Assembly: GCA_977018835.1 (NCBI GenBank)
Contig: OZ361259.1
Coordinates: forward strand, 3,224,001-3,288,000
Source of the DNA: Minutocellus sp. GHC0000111
Lineage: Eukaryota
Reading direction: 5' to 3'
DNA length: 64,000 bases
A model generated the notes under the pieces. It made no database searches and was not told where the DNA came from. It saw only the letters and a program-made list of their open reading frames with translations. Positions 34,115-44,290 of the stretch are shown here, piece after piece. A program made the translations under genes and the position numbers. Every line of letters begins with the position of its first letter. Position 1 is the first letter of the stretch.

Positions 34115-35600
34115 GATGGAAAAGACGCCCTTGAGAAATTGTGCCAGGAACCTTCGCCCAAGCTTTACATACCTTGTATGGTTCATATCTGAGATGACAA
34201 TATGCTTGTGGTATTGAGCTTGGTTCTGTTTGGTCGAGTTTTATCGATCCCCGTTCCGGTGCAAATCCGAGATTTCTCGCTCTCTTTTCACCCCAGGGGC
34301 CATAATAGACGCCCTTGGAGACCAAGTAATAAAGGAAACCTCCGCCAAAGCTTTGTTTACCTTTTGTAGGTGATAGCTAAGGTCGCGATATGGCTCTGTG
34401 TTAGAATTTGTACTTGCAAGTCCGCGTTTTACGTATCATCAACCCGCCAAAAATCTCAAAAATCGACGCGAAGGCAACCCGGGAGCCATAATAGTCACCC
34501 TAAGAGGCCAAGTAATGAAGGAAACCTCCGTCCAAGCTTTAAATACATGGTTTTGTATTATACCTAAGGTCGCGCTATGGTTCTATGTGAGAGTTTGCAA
34601 TCGCAAGGTCGGGTTTAATATATCACCAACCCGCAAAAAATATGAAAATCGGTGCTGAACTCCATCGGGAACAGCTGTAGACGACCTTGAGAGCCGAGCA
34701 CTAGTGGAAACCTTCGCCCAAGCTTTGTATTGCTTCTCTGGGACATACCTAAGGTCGCGCTAGGGCTCTATGTGAGAATTTGCACTCGCAAGTCCGCGTT
34801 TTGTACATCACCAAAACGACAAAAATCTGAAAAATCTACGCCAAGACCCCCCGGGAGCCATAATAGTTCCCCTTGGAGACAAAGTAACCAAGAAAACCCC
34901 AGCTCAAGATTTGCATGCCTTCTCTTGGTTATAGAAAAAGTAACGATATACTTCAACGTTGGAGTTTCCACTCAAAAGGGTGAGTTTGATGCGTCGCAAA
35001 CCTCGCTCAGAATACCAGATTTTCTCAAATTTACACGAAGGAGCGATATTAGGCGAAAGTGTGGGCCATGTGAAAGCCGAAAACTCCGCCCTACATAAGT
35101 AAAAATTTGCTTCTATAATAGAGGTTGGGCTTGTATGGTCGGTTTCAGCATTTCCAATCATTTCAGAAACCGAGTATTTTTTTGCTCTTTTGCCCGTCTG
35201 GAGGGGCTTTGTCGTCACTGAAACCTTCGTCCAAGCTCGGTTTATTTTCTCTGGATCATACGTAAGGTCACACAATGGTTCTATGTTGGAGTTTGTACTC
35301 ACAACGTTGAGATTAATATATCACCAGCCCGGGAAAATCTCAAAAATCGGAGTCATCACCCCCCTGGAGTGATAGTAGAGACTATTGGGGGGCAAGTACC
35401 AGACGAAACCCCAGCTCAAGCTTTAGATCTCCCTTGGGGTATACATAACGTGGTGCAATGCATCTCTTATTGGCTTTGCACCCACAAGCGTTAAGAAAAT
35501 AACATAATCCAATTTGCCAGAATCCGAGACTTTTCGGCGTCGTCGACCCCCGAGGAAAATAGTGTGGACAATAAGGACTATAGACGCAAAAGTAGGCAAT
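34115..35600. repeat. Degenerate ~186-bp tandem repeat array (about 7-8 units)
   Basis: Anchor GAAACC(T/C)..(C/T)CCAAG(C/A)TT recurs with AAG at 34160, 34348, 34534, 34720, 34906, 35233 and 35418. Internal blocks TAAGGTCGCG, AAAATCT.AAAAATC and GGGAGCCATAATAG recur in register. Confidence 0.9.
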
Positions 35601-36378
35601 TGTACTACAGCAATTGTCGTTATAATCCCATTAGATGTGTATTTTGTTGATTTGCTGTGCAAGTGATGTCGAGCCTTTGATTATTTGTTAATCTATACCT
35701 TTCACCCTCTACTAGCTAGCGCTTCTGAGGTCGACGACCTTCAAATTATCTTGAACCTTTATACCTATTCGTTTTTGTTATTTCCACATGGCAACCAAAG
35801 ACCTTTCACGAGCACTCCATCTCTCAACGATGCCACGGGTCTTCATTTGATACCTATCCCATGTGTTAGTTGTGGTTCCTCGTGGTTCAGTAACAACACT
35901 GGAAATCGGAGTGAGGGCCCTGATAATTCTGGCGCCGACCTCCACGAAACATCGAGATGTTCATGAAATCACAATTGTTTGCAGCAAACCTGCGAAACTG
36001 TCCACCAAGGGACCGTGTCATACCATATTTAGGCAGGGATGATATAGTGGTGAAGCAATTGGTCGTCTTTGGGTCCAAGCTATCTCCACAACGGGTGATT
36101 TTGATCTTCCAGAAAAAACGCCCCCAACGACACGCAAATGATTGCAGTGTCGACCTATCATTGGCAAATCCAATCAGTCTTCAGTAAAGCTGTGAATCTA
36201 CGAATGACACCTGAATCAGTGGGCATCTCTAGCACTTGTAATAGGTGCAGGTGTCTTCTGGTAGATCTCGTGGTGCCGAGAAAAGGTAGGCCTAGGCCGT
36301 TTTGGTGCCCGTAGGAGGCAGCTCAGGAGGCACGACGTACGTTTCATCCTATTCTCAATGGTCGTCCCCACAGAGCAG

Positions 36379-37518
36379 TCATTGGTGATGTCTCCTCAAA
36401 AAGTCTTCACTCACAAAGGCATACTCCAAACAATTGTACCCATCGCAACCCCAGTGATTCCGTTCCTTGTGCATGATGCGCATCTTGGCGGCATCGGCCT
36501 GCTCAAACACCCGGCGGATTTTCCCGAATTCTCCAAAGTGTACCTCGCCCTGGAGTTGATCGACGACGACTTTACCTGCGGCAATCTGACCAAACAGCTC
36601 GGGCAGTGCCTCCCACTCAGCGCCCTCAATGTCCATCTTGAGCATATCTATTCTCCGTCCCTCATGGCCCAATCTCTTCATGATGGTGGCAATGCTCATA
36701 GTCTCAAAGCTCATTCCATCGAAATCTCTTTTGACACCATCACGACCGATGCCCCAGGGATGAAAGGCCGAGTATTCATCTCTCACAAACGGTTCATCCA
36801 GCGTCGGGTCGAATGTATGCGTATCACATCCCATTTCTCTATGGACCGACTTTTCATAATCGACATTGTTGTTCGATCCCAACGAATATACCAAACACCC
36901 ATCTTTGCCATTGGCAATTGCTTTCTTGTGCTCTTCTCGGATCATGTCAATGCCGCACACAAACTTGGGTCCATCACCAAACGCCGCGAATCGTTCCTGG
37001 GTATGGTGCGCGCCGAATCGCTCCTCGGTGAGACAGTTGGCCTCCGGCTCGAACAGATCGTACTTCATCTTCTTGTAGTCGTACCGGTGGACGGCGTCGG
37101 AGGCGCGGGATGCTCGTCGACGGGCCTCACGGCGGGCGTTGAATTGGGCGTCGAGATTGTCGAGGATGGATTCGCATTTGTTGTCGAGGACTTCTTGCAC
37201 GTAGTGTTCTTTGTTGGCGTTGGTGGTGGCGTTGGTGTTGGTATTGATGGCAGCACGCAGATTGGCTTTGGAGGGGAACGAATACTGATCGCCATTATTA
37301 TTGTGCTCCTCTTGGGCCCGTGGAAGGACCGACAACACGCTGACCATCGAACAAAGCTGGAGTATGGTCGTGGCGCCGAGGAACAGGGCCGAGAAACCGA
37401 GTGGCATTCCCATGGTTGCAAACGAAAGGCTTTGTTCTACTTGCTTACAAGTCCTTGTAAGCGATGATCCAGCATCTCTTCGTGATGGTCGTGCTGGCTG
37501 ATGCTGCTGCCTGCTCAA
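36379..37518 (-). CDS. Methyltransferase-like 24 / Methyltransf_22 (FkbM-like) type II membrane protein
   Basis: TM helix, FGDGPKFVCG, CLVYSLGSNN..YE, THTFDPT, IDMLKMDIEGAEW, QLQGEVH, RIMHKERN. Confidence 0.85.
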   Translation of the reverse strand: MSRQQHQPARPSRRDAGSSLTRTCKQVEQSLSFATMGMPLGFSALFLGATTILQLCSMVSVLSVLPRAQEEHNNNGDQYSFPSKANLRAAINTNTNATTNANKEHYVQEVLDNKCESILDNLDAQFNARREARRRASRASDAVHRYDYKKMKYDLFEPEANCLTEERFGAHHTQERFAAFGDGPKFVCGIDMIREEHKKAIANGKDGCLVYSLGSNNNVDYEKSVHREMGCDTHTFDPTLDEPFVRDEYSAFHPWGIGRDGVKRDFDGMSFETMSIATIMKRLGHEGRRIDMLKMDIEGAEWEALPELFGQIAAGKVVVDQLQGEVHFGEFGKIRRVFEQADAAKMRIMHKERNHWGCDGYNCLEYAFVSEDFLRRHHQ

Positions 37519-37686
37519 TGGTGGCCTGACTTGTGCCGCTTCGATTGGCTCGCCAAAAATTTCAGGTGGCCCTTCGCCAACCCAAACGTAGCCGCTAAGC
37601 TAAACAAGCGAAAGAAGAAGAGAAGAGAGCGTTTCTCGATACGACTGACTTGGCCCATGCTCTGCCTCATAGTTTCGTTGCTAGGC

Positions 37687-38904
37687 ATGGCCCGAATAGA
37701 CATCATGCCCCGCGAGCGGCAGGAGCATCAACGCGGAGGAGACGCATGCGGCACATGTCGTGCTGCCGCCCAGTCCACTTCTTCTGGTACAAGTAGCAGC
37801 AGCGCTCCTCCTCCTTCGCGAAGATCGGCGGCGTCTCCCTGCACGTCCGTCCCATCTCGTCTCCTCGTATCGTGCCTGGCCATTAGTTTCCTCGGTCACG
37901 TGGGTAGATATCAACAGCAATCCGACCGCATCATTCGCGTCCTCGACATGAAGGAAACGAATTCCGACGAAATGATCACTCGAGAGGACATTGAGATGCT
38001 GGGGCTGGAACAATCCCCTCTTCGAACACGAAAGGAAGCCAAAGGAAGTCGAAAGAAAAGTCGAAAACGGCGGCTGGAAGATAGAGAAAAGGAGGACAAT
38101 ACAGCAACAACGACAACAACTACCAATAGAACAGCCATTGTGGCAGGTATTGACGAGATGCTGCTCGACACCCAACGCAAAGGCGCGTGCGGTTATCGGA
38201 AATGCTTTTTCCACAGCAGCACCGATGACAATGAGGGATATCTAGTCGCTCGAGGTGGGCACGCCTATATGTCTCGTCTCGACAGAATATGGCAAGTGGC
38301 ACGTCGACTAGAAGAAAAGTACAGCATACGTCAATTTTTGTTGGAAGAACCGCAGCTGGTTCAGCTACCCGACATGTCGACATTGAAGCGTCTCAACAAG
38401 ATGGCACGGCAGTCGGCCCGGACGTCGAAAAAGTCCATGTATTTTGGTAATGCCCAAAAGGAACCCTATGAGCAAGCCAGGACGGACAATCCCGATACAG
38501 CGCACACAGTTGCGATCCAACGAGTGCAGTTGGCACCGACGCCCAACATGATTGTTCGGTGCAGCTTCTTCGGGTTTGGACGAGAGGGAGCCTTTCGATT
38601 TGACGATCAGAGCTCAACGAAGGAGGAATTCGCGCAGGCTGTGACGAACCATTTCGGTGGCGAAAGATCCTTTATGAACGTATTGGCGGGTGAAATGAAA
38701 CAGTTGATTCGGTTGCTGGGACAGGAACCGGAACTGTGGTATGACTTTCAATTCATGGTGGATTATACGGGGACGATCTACCATATAGATTTGGATCGGA
38801 TCGAAATGAAGGGATGTCGCTTCCCTTCGAGCAAGGGCGCCGAATCCTGCCTCAGAGGTTTCTTGGACGGTGTCGGGAAAGCTATTAACGGCAGTGATAA
38901 GTAA
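37687..38904 (+). CDS. Hypothetical type II membrane protein; C-terminal domain ends in a DFQF...YHIDLDR motif
   Basis: Long ORF with one hydrophobic segment, GACGYRKCFF and WYDFQFMVDYTGTIYHIDLDR. Start uncertain. Confidence 0.65.
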   Translation: MARIDIMPRERQEHQRGGDACGTCRAAAQSTSSGTSSSSAPPPSRRSAASPCTSVPSRLLVSCLAISFLGHVGRYQQQSDRIIRVLDMKETNSDEMITREDIEMLGLEQSPLRTRKEAKGSRKKSRKRRLEDREKEDNTATTTTTTNRTAIVAGIDEMLLDTQRKGACGYRKCFFHSSTDDNEGYLVARGGHAYMSRLDRIWQVARRLEEKYSIRQFLLEEPQLVQLPDMSTLKRLNKMARQSARTSKKSMYFGNAQKEPYEQARTDNPDTAHTVAIQRVQLAPTPNMIVRCSFFGFGREGAFRFDDQSSTKEEFAQAVTNHFGGERSFMNVLAGEMKQLIRLLGQEPELWYDFQFMVDYTGTIYHIDLDRIEMKGCRFPSSKGAESCLRGFLDGVGKAINGSDK

Positions 38905-39099
38905 TTGTGGGGCGAACAGAGTAAAAGCTGAAACTCCGCGAATACATCGTTAATATTATAGTGTGGCGTTACTATTAGTGTAGGGATCCCTAATATTTTA
39001 TTGGTGTGGTGACCACCGCACAGCCCCTATCGGTCCGCTCACCATACGAGCTCGTAAATTCAGTACTGTCCCCTAACGCAAAACGTAATGATGATTCAT

Positions 39100-40160
39100 T
39101 CAGTAGTCACCATCGTCGTCATTCTCCGAACCATCAATCTCATCATCCAGGAAATGCGGAAGGCCAGGAACTTCCTCAATAAAGAGAGAAAGCTCCCTGG
39201 CAAGCCCACGAATGATCCTCAACTCCCTTCCCCGCATTACACCGACGTAGTCAGCAATCGACTTCAAGATGCCGGTATTTCCAGCAACGATTGAATGGGT
39301 GAAATGATCAACTCCTTCCACACACGGAGCCTTTTGTCTTCAGGCATACACTCGATGGTAATAGAGGCCGCGGAGGAGTTGCCAAGTCTCTCAGAAAATA
39401 AACTTTGTAAGGCGTCTTCCGAGTAGGACGGAGATCTTGTGCACACGCCATTGAGGAACGTGACAAAGCCCTGATAATCCGCCAACGCACCATCAGCCCA
39501 ATTCAAATAGGCAGGACGGGGATCAAAATCGACAGGATGCAAATCAGCTCTCGGCTCAAAATCTCTCCGCAAGAGTCGTCGGGCAACATGCCCGGAGTCT
39601 TTGTCCGATATAGCCCCCTCCAAAATCAACCATTTGCCAACCTCAAAATACCCGCTTGCATTTCGGTAGGGCGCACTTGACTTGTGCGTGGAATCCCGCC
39701 GGCAAACCCACATCAGAGGAGTTTGGCCGAGCTGGTTGACGCCGCCCACATCGGCACGAGCACCAAACTGGCACAACCACTTGCATACGTCGAGATGCCC
39801 CCCTCTTGCGGCCGCCAGCATTGGAAACCAATACTCGTACTCGTCGTCGTCCTCGCGACCACCCGTCGTCGCAACGCCCTTGGATAGCAAAAATCGGCAC
39901 ATTGGCAGATCTCCGACGCGACAGAAGTACTCCATCGGCGTATGCGACCACGTCACCGAGTCTGTGACTTCGATGTCGTACTCAATTTGCAGCAGGTCGG
40001 GATCGAACCCGACCTGTTCGAGCTTCTGCAGAGCCGTGGTCTCGTCCTCGATTGGACCTCCAAACTTTTCCGTTGTGGTTTCATCTTCGTCATCGTCGCC
40101 GCGCTTTTGCTTCTTGGCTGGCGGCTGGTCGCCCCCGCCGACGCTCCTATCGTCCGACAT
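39100..40160 (-). CDS. NLS-ankyrin family protein, copy 1 (indel near 39285)
   Basis: QPPAKKQKR; FGGPIEDETTALQKLEQVGFDP; ANK repeats TPMEYFCRVGDLPMCRFLLSKG and PMLAAARGGHLDVCKWL; C-terminal GNTGILKSIADYVGVMRGRELRIIRGL in a shifted frame. Confidence 0.85.
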
Positions 40161-40413
40161 TGAAGTACCGGTAGTCGAATGAAAGGAGGAGAGAGCCAAC
40201 CAGGCGCAGCTCACGCACGGCCGGTCCAACCGACTTCGTTGGCCGGCGCCTCACCTGCTGCTTCGCTGTTGAAGAACTGTCTGTCAACCGATGACATTTT
40301 TGAGGGATTTGAAAATCGGGGAGACGTTCAAATCCCCCCAAACTCCGATAATATTGCTACATGTAGAGTGATTTCACGAGAGAGCAGACACCCCCTCCGC
40401 GATGTTTCGTAAA

Positions 40414-40500
40414 CATTGTATCAAAGTAATTTTATTGCTGATTACTGCTTAGAAGGATGTTGTAGACCATAATCAACAATAAAATTACTTTGATACAATG
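40414..40500. repeat. 87-bp AT-rich foldback (31-bp inverted arms, 1 mismatch); MITE-like or hairpin
   Basis: CATTGTATCAAAGTAATTTTATTGCTGATTA (40414-40444) pairs with TAATCAACAATAAAATTACTTTGATACAATG (40470-40500). Confidence 0.85.
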
Positions 40501-41186
40501 ATCTTGGGGTACTTTACTAACAAGTCACTGTGTTTGGGTCCGAGATTCTTGGGTCAAATTAGTGGCTTCATTTTTATCGCAGTGAAAAAGTGCACGTAAG
40601 AATATTTTCTAGTGGCTACTATTTTGTCGGCGGTCTCGTGAAAACGCCCTGTAGTCATAAACCCGCATACATCCTTATCCTTATCCTTATGCTAAAACTA
40701 GAACGTCCGCAGGTCATGCAACCCCGGAGCAAAGCTCCAAATGCAGACCCGCATACATGTACATGTAGAAAACATGCGCTGCAAAACGTTTTAGTTTAGG
40801 AGTCTATCAATGCCTCGGTTAGAGGGATATCGGCGAGCCGACATACGAGCTAGGCTCAAGTCAGAGAATAGATCTCCTACCGAACAGACCCCACAATTGG
40901 GGTAAGCAGGGACACTTTGAGGAGGACTAGAGAGAGGTCATGCCAAAAATGCACCATACCGGGAAACCGGCTGGGTAAAAAGGCATCAGGAAAACCTGGT
41001 TTGACATCAGCGTGGTGTAGGAACGTTGTGAAGGGCATGTAGAAAACATGTACGGATCCGTGATTGTGACGAATAGTAGATGATCTACATTGTAGTTAAA
41101 GCCATAATTACTCAGAAAAAGTTTGTGTAGCGACTTCATGCAATTTGTGCCTCATCTTCACACATTCAGTACGCACGGCAATATAA

Positions 41187-42248
41187 TCAGGAAAGGTAAG
41201 AACCTTCAGAATCATCATCGGTGCCGTAATCCTCCTCCTCGTCGGAGGAAACAGGGTCGGGAATGTCTTCAATAAACGCTCGTAGATTTGCTGCTAGGCT
41301 GCGGACAATTTTCAACTCTTTGCCTCGCAGTATGCCAAGGAAATCGGCTATGACCTGCAACACTCCTGTGTTTCCATTCAAACGACGAAGAGGTGAAGCA
41401 AAGAGCTCATTCCAGACACGGCGTTGCCTTTCTTCAGGCATGTCCTCGACAAGAATATTTGCTGCAGGGGCATTGTGCAGCTCTTTGGTAAGTTGAGCCC
41501 TCAATGAGGCCTCTGAGTATGAAGGGGCCTTCAAAGTTGCCCCACAAAGAAAAGTAAAGAAGCTGCTGTGATCCGACAAGGCACCATCAGCCCAAGACAA
41601 ATACATCTGACGGGTATCTGTCTGTACATTAGGGATTTCATTTTTCAGGCCATCCCGCCTCAATACCAAATAATCATGCCTTGGTGCCATATCCAACACC
41701 AATGCATTGGCGTCAACCTCACGCATGTCTTCATTGCCATCTGATACACTTAGTGCTCCATTCAGGATCAACCACTTTCCGATCTCGAAGTATTTCTCAT
41801 CGCCACTTCGGGTTGCATACCAAAGAGACGACCTATCATTTCCAACTCTTCTACCGACATCACTTGCAGCCCCATTATCTAACAGCCACTTGCAAACATG
41901 CAGTTGCCCTCCTCTAACTGCTGCAATCATGGGGAACCACCAACCATCATCAGAGGCCTTCGTGATGGAAGCACCCTTGGCAAGGAGGAACCGACACATG
42001 GGAAGATCTCCAGCCCGACAAAAATGGGTCATGGGAGATGTTTGCCATGTAGTGTATGGCATTTCTTGGTCGAATGGACGCATTTTGGTACGATTTACCT
42101 TTTCAGGATCAAACCCAACCTCCTCGAGCTTCTTGCGAGCCGTGGCCTCGTCCTCCATCGGACCGCCGATATTTATCGTGCCGGTTTCGTCATCGCCGCG
42201 CTTCAGCTTCTTGACCGGCGGCTGGTCAGCCCCACCGATACTCGACAT
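41187..42248 (-). CDS. NLS-ankyrin family protein, copy 2 (intact)
   Basis: QPPVKKLKR, IGGPMEDEATARKKLEEVGFDP, ANK repeats, GNTGVLQVIADFLGILRGKELKIVRSL, acidic tail. Confidence 0.9.
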   Translation of the reverse strand: MSSIGGADQPPVKKLKRGDDETGTINIGGPMEDEATARKKLEEVGFDPEKVNRTKMRPFDQEMPYTTWQTSPMTHFCRAGDLPMCRFLLAKGASITKASDDGWWFPMIAAVRGGQLHVCKWLLDNGAASDVGRRVGNDRSSLWYATRSGDEKYFEIGKWLILNGALSVSDGNEDMREVDANALVLDMAPRHDYLVLRRDGLKNEIPNVQTDTRQMYLSWADGALSDHSSFFTFLCGATLKAPSYSEASLRAQLTKELHNAPAANILVEDMPEERQRRVWNELFASPLRRLNGNTGVLQVIADFLGILRGKELKIVRSLAANLRAFIEDIPDPVSSDEEEDYGTDDDSEGSYLS

Positions 42249-42629
42249 TGCAAGAAAATAAAGAAGCAAGCAAGGCAGGCGGAGGAAAGAGCAGATGCAG
42301 GGCCGAACCAGCAACTGCCAAATAAATGCCAGCCAGAGCAATTCTCCTGTGTCTGCCTCTGCTCCCGGCCAGTGAGTATGCTCGCAGATCCCTCTGCAAG
42401 ATGTTTTAGAGGGGCTACAAACCGGGGGGATACATTCAAATTTCCCCCCCAATTGCGTCATATTTCCTTGCTGCCCATGGCGGTCCTCCGTGCTCCTCCC
42501 TTGCTCCGCTTTCTGCTTCTACTCTGCACCCCCCACACGTGCCCTGCCTTTCTGTTTCCTCCGCATCTGCACCCAGCTGCCAAACTTGGTGCATCTCACT
42601 GTGTCGGTAAATTCCCAACATCAACAATT

Positions 42630-44150
42630 ATGGACGACGAACTCCGAGAAATACGCCGAAGGCAGAGGGAGCGGTGGCTGGCGGCCCAAGGCCAAGCGCA
42701 GGATGATCAGGATAGAGATACCGGTGCCCATGGTTCCAATGACCAGGGCGCTGCAGCTTCTGCAGCTTCTGCAAGCTGTGGTGGTGCTCCGAATAATGCT
42801 GCATCTGGTCGTGCATCTGCTGGTGCTGAGCATGGGCCAGCCAATGCGGCGGCCGACGCAGGCACAACAGGCAAGAAGCGTCCTCGAACTGCTGCCAATA
42901 ACAATAATGTGGTTGACCTGACCTTTGACGATTCGGATACCGACTGCGAGGATATGGACCGAAAGAAGAAGGCCAAGTCAGATGCTGCCAATGGTGGTGA
43001 TAGCGATTCCTCGTCGGATGATGTGGAGGTACTGTCCCCACCACGCAAGCGCAAGTCCAAGTCTCAAACTTCTGGCAACAGCAATACCAGCAATACCAGC
43101 AACATGGACAATACCGGGCCAATGCCCAACTTTGCCGTGGCATCGTACAACATATGGTTCGGCCAGACCACCCGCGGCGATCCTCATCCCGAACGGCGGA
43201 TGGAGGCCATCTCCGCGATAATTTCCGACCTCCAACCACGTCCACTCATGGTTGGTCTGCAGGAGGTAACGTCCGATCTGGAACAGCTGCTGTATCCATT
43301 GTTGCAGTCCATGGGATATCATGTCATTTCGCAGCCTCGGCAGACACGGGGGCAGTATTATGTGGCCATTGCCGTCCTGACGGGAAATGTTTTGGGTGGT
43401 GGTGGAAGTAGTGGCGATAGTAGTGGCTATGGTCCAAATGCAAATGGCAATGACACCGTATCGGCACAATTGGTAAGCTCTGGGTTTGAACCCTATGCAG
43501 ACACCATCATGGAACGTGGCTTGCTACGGACGCACGTGCGGCTGTGCAGTGGAACGTCCTCGCGCGAGGTGCTATTTACCACCACTCACCTCGAATCCTT
43601 TCTCACGGGAGGCTTCATGGGTCAACCGTACGATGGCGTGGCGCAGCGCAAGGCCCAGATTCGACAGGCGGCACGTTTCTGCACGCAGTATGTTCAGATG
43701 CGGGCTCGGCATGGGACTAGGATTGATGCGGCTGTAATTACGGGTGATTTGAACTGGGACGACGAGAGGAAACGAAGCAAGGGCAACGATGAGAAGATGT
43801 TGGAGGTCATTGGTTCTGATAGTAATGGCGCTTGGACCGATGCCTGGCTGAAATGTCGTCCAGGAGAGGATGGGTATACCTACGATGCCAAACTCAACGA
43901 CATGCTGAGAGGTAATCTCCGTCGGCGTTTCGATCGTTGTTTGATTTGGAGCGGCGAGAGGACCCAAAACAGTGGTGGCATCGCGCCGGTCCATTGCGAC
44001 ATGATTGGGACATCTGTCATTGCCGGTCTGACCTATCGCAAGGAGAAGCAAAGGTTTAGCTACGGCTCCTTTGTTCCTACCGGGGAATTCGTCGACCAGC
44101 CCGTATCGCCGAGCGATCACTTCGGCTTGTATGTTACTCTAGTATGCTGA
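42630..44150 (+). CDS. TDP2: Tyrosyl-DNA phosphodiesterase 2-like (EEP family)
   Basis: ASYNIWF, GLQEV, TTHLES, TGDLNW, DAW, GYTYDAKLNDML, RRFDR and SDHFGL, the TDP2 motif set. Confidence 0.85.
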   Translation: MDDELREIRRRQRERWLAAQGQAQDDQDRDTGAHGSNDQGAAASAASASCGGAPNNAASGRASAGAEHGPANAAADAGTTGKKRPRTAANNNNVVDLTFDDSDTDCEDMDRKKKAKSDAANGGDSDSSSDDVEVLSPPRKRKSKSQTSGNSNTSNTSNMDNTGPMPNFAVASYNIWFGQTTRGDPHPERRMEAISAIISDLQPRPLMVGLQEVTSDLEQLLYPLLQSMGYHVISQPRQTRGQYYVAIAVLTGNVLGGGGSSGDSSGYGPNANGNDTVSAQLVSSGFEPYADTIMERGLLRTHVRLCSGTSSREVLFTTTHLESFLTGGFMGQPYDGVAQRKAQIRQAARFCTQYVQMRARHGTRIDAAVITGDLNWDDERKRSKGNDEKMLEVIGSDSNGAWTDAWLKCRPGEDGYTYDAKLNDMLRGNLRRRFDRCLIWSGERTQNSGGIAPVHCDMIGTSVIAGLTYRKEKQRFSYGSFVPTGEFVDQPVSPSDHFGLYVTLVC

Positions 44151-44290
44151 AAAATAGAAAATAATGTACATGAACATGTTGTACATGTAATGGTTTGTTG
44201 ATCTCAATTAAATGCATCCAATGTGCATGCATGATAATACTAGATCTAGAGTATATCTATATATCTAAAGTGAATGACTTTGCCCCTTTT

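Noticed and set aside
34115..35600. CRISPR-like array or coding repeat (186 = 62 codons)
   Set aside because: Similarity extends across whole units rather than as short identical repeats with unique spacers, there are no cas genes, and similar peptides fall in different frames with stops between them.
35600..36350. Terminal inverted repeats or TSD delimiting the repeat island as a DNA transposon
   Set aside because: I could not identify matching termini, a TSD or a transposase remnant by eye, so no mobile element was called.
41898..42629. N-terminal extension of the 750-aa TDP2 ORF overlapping the ankyrin gene
   Set aside because: It is antisense to ankyrin copy 2 and spans the divergent promoter. 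ATG 42630 is the plausible start, with 42477 possible.
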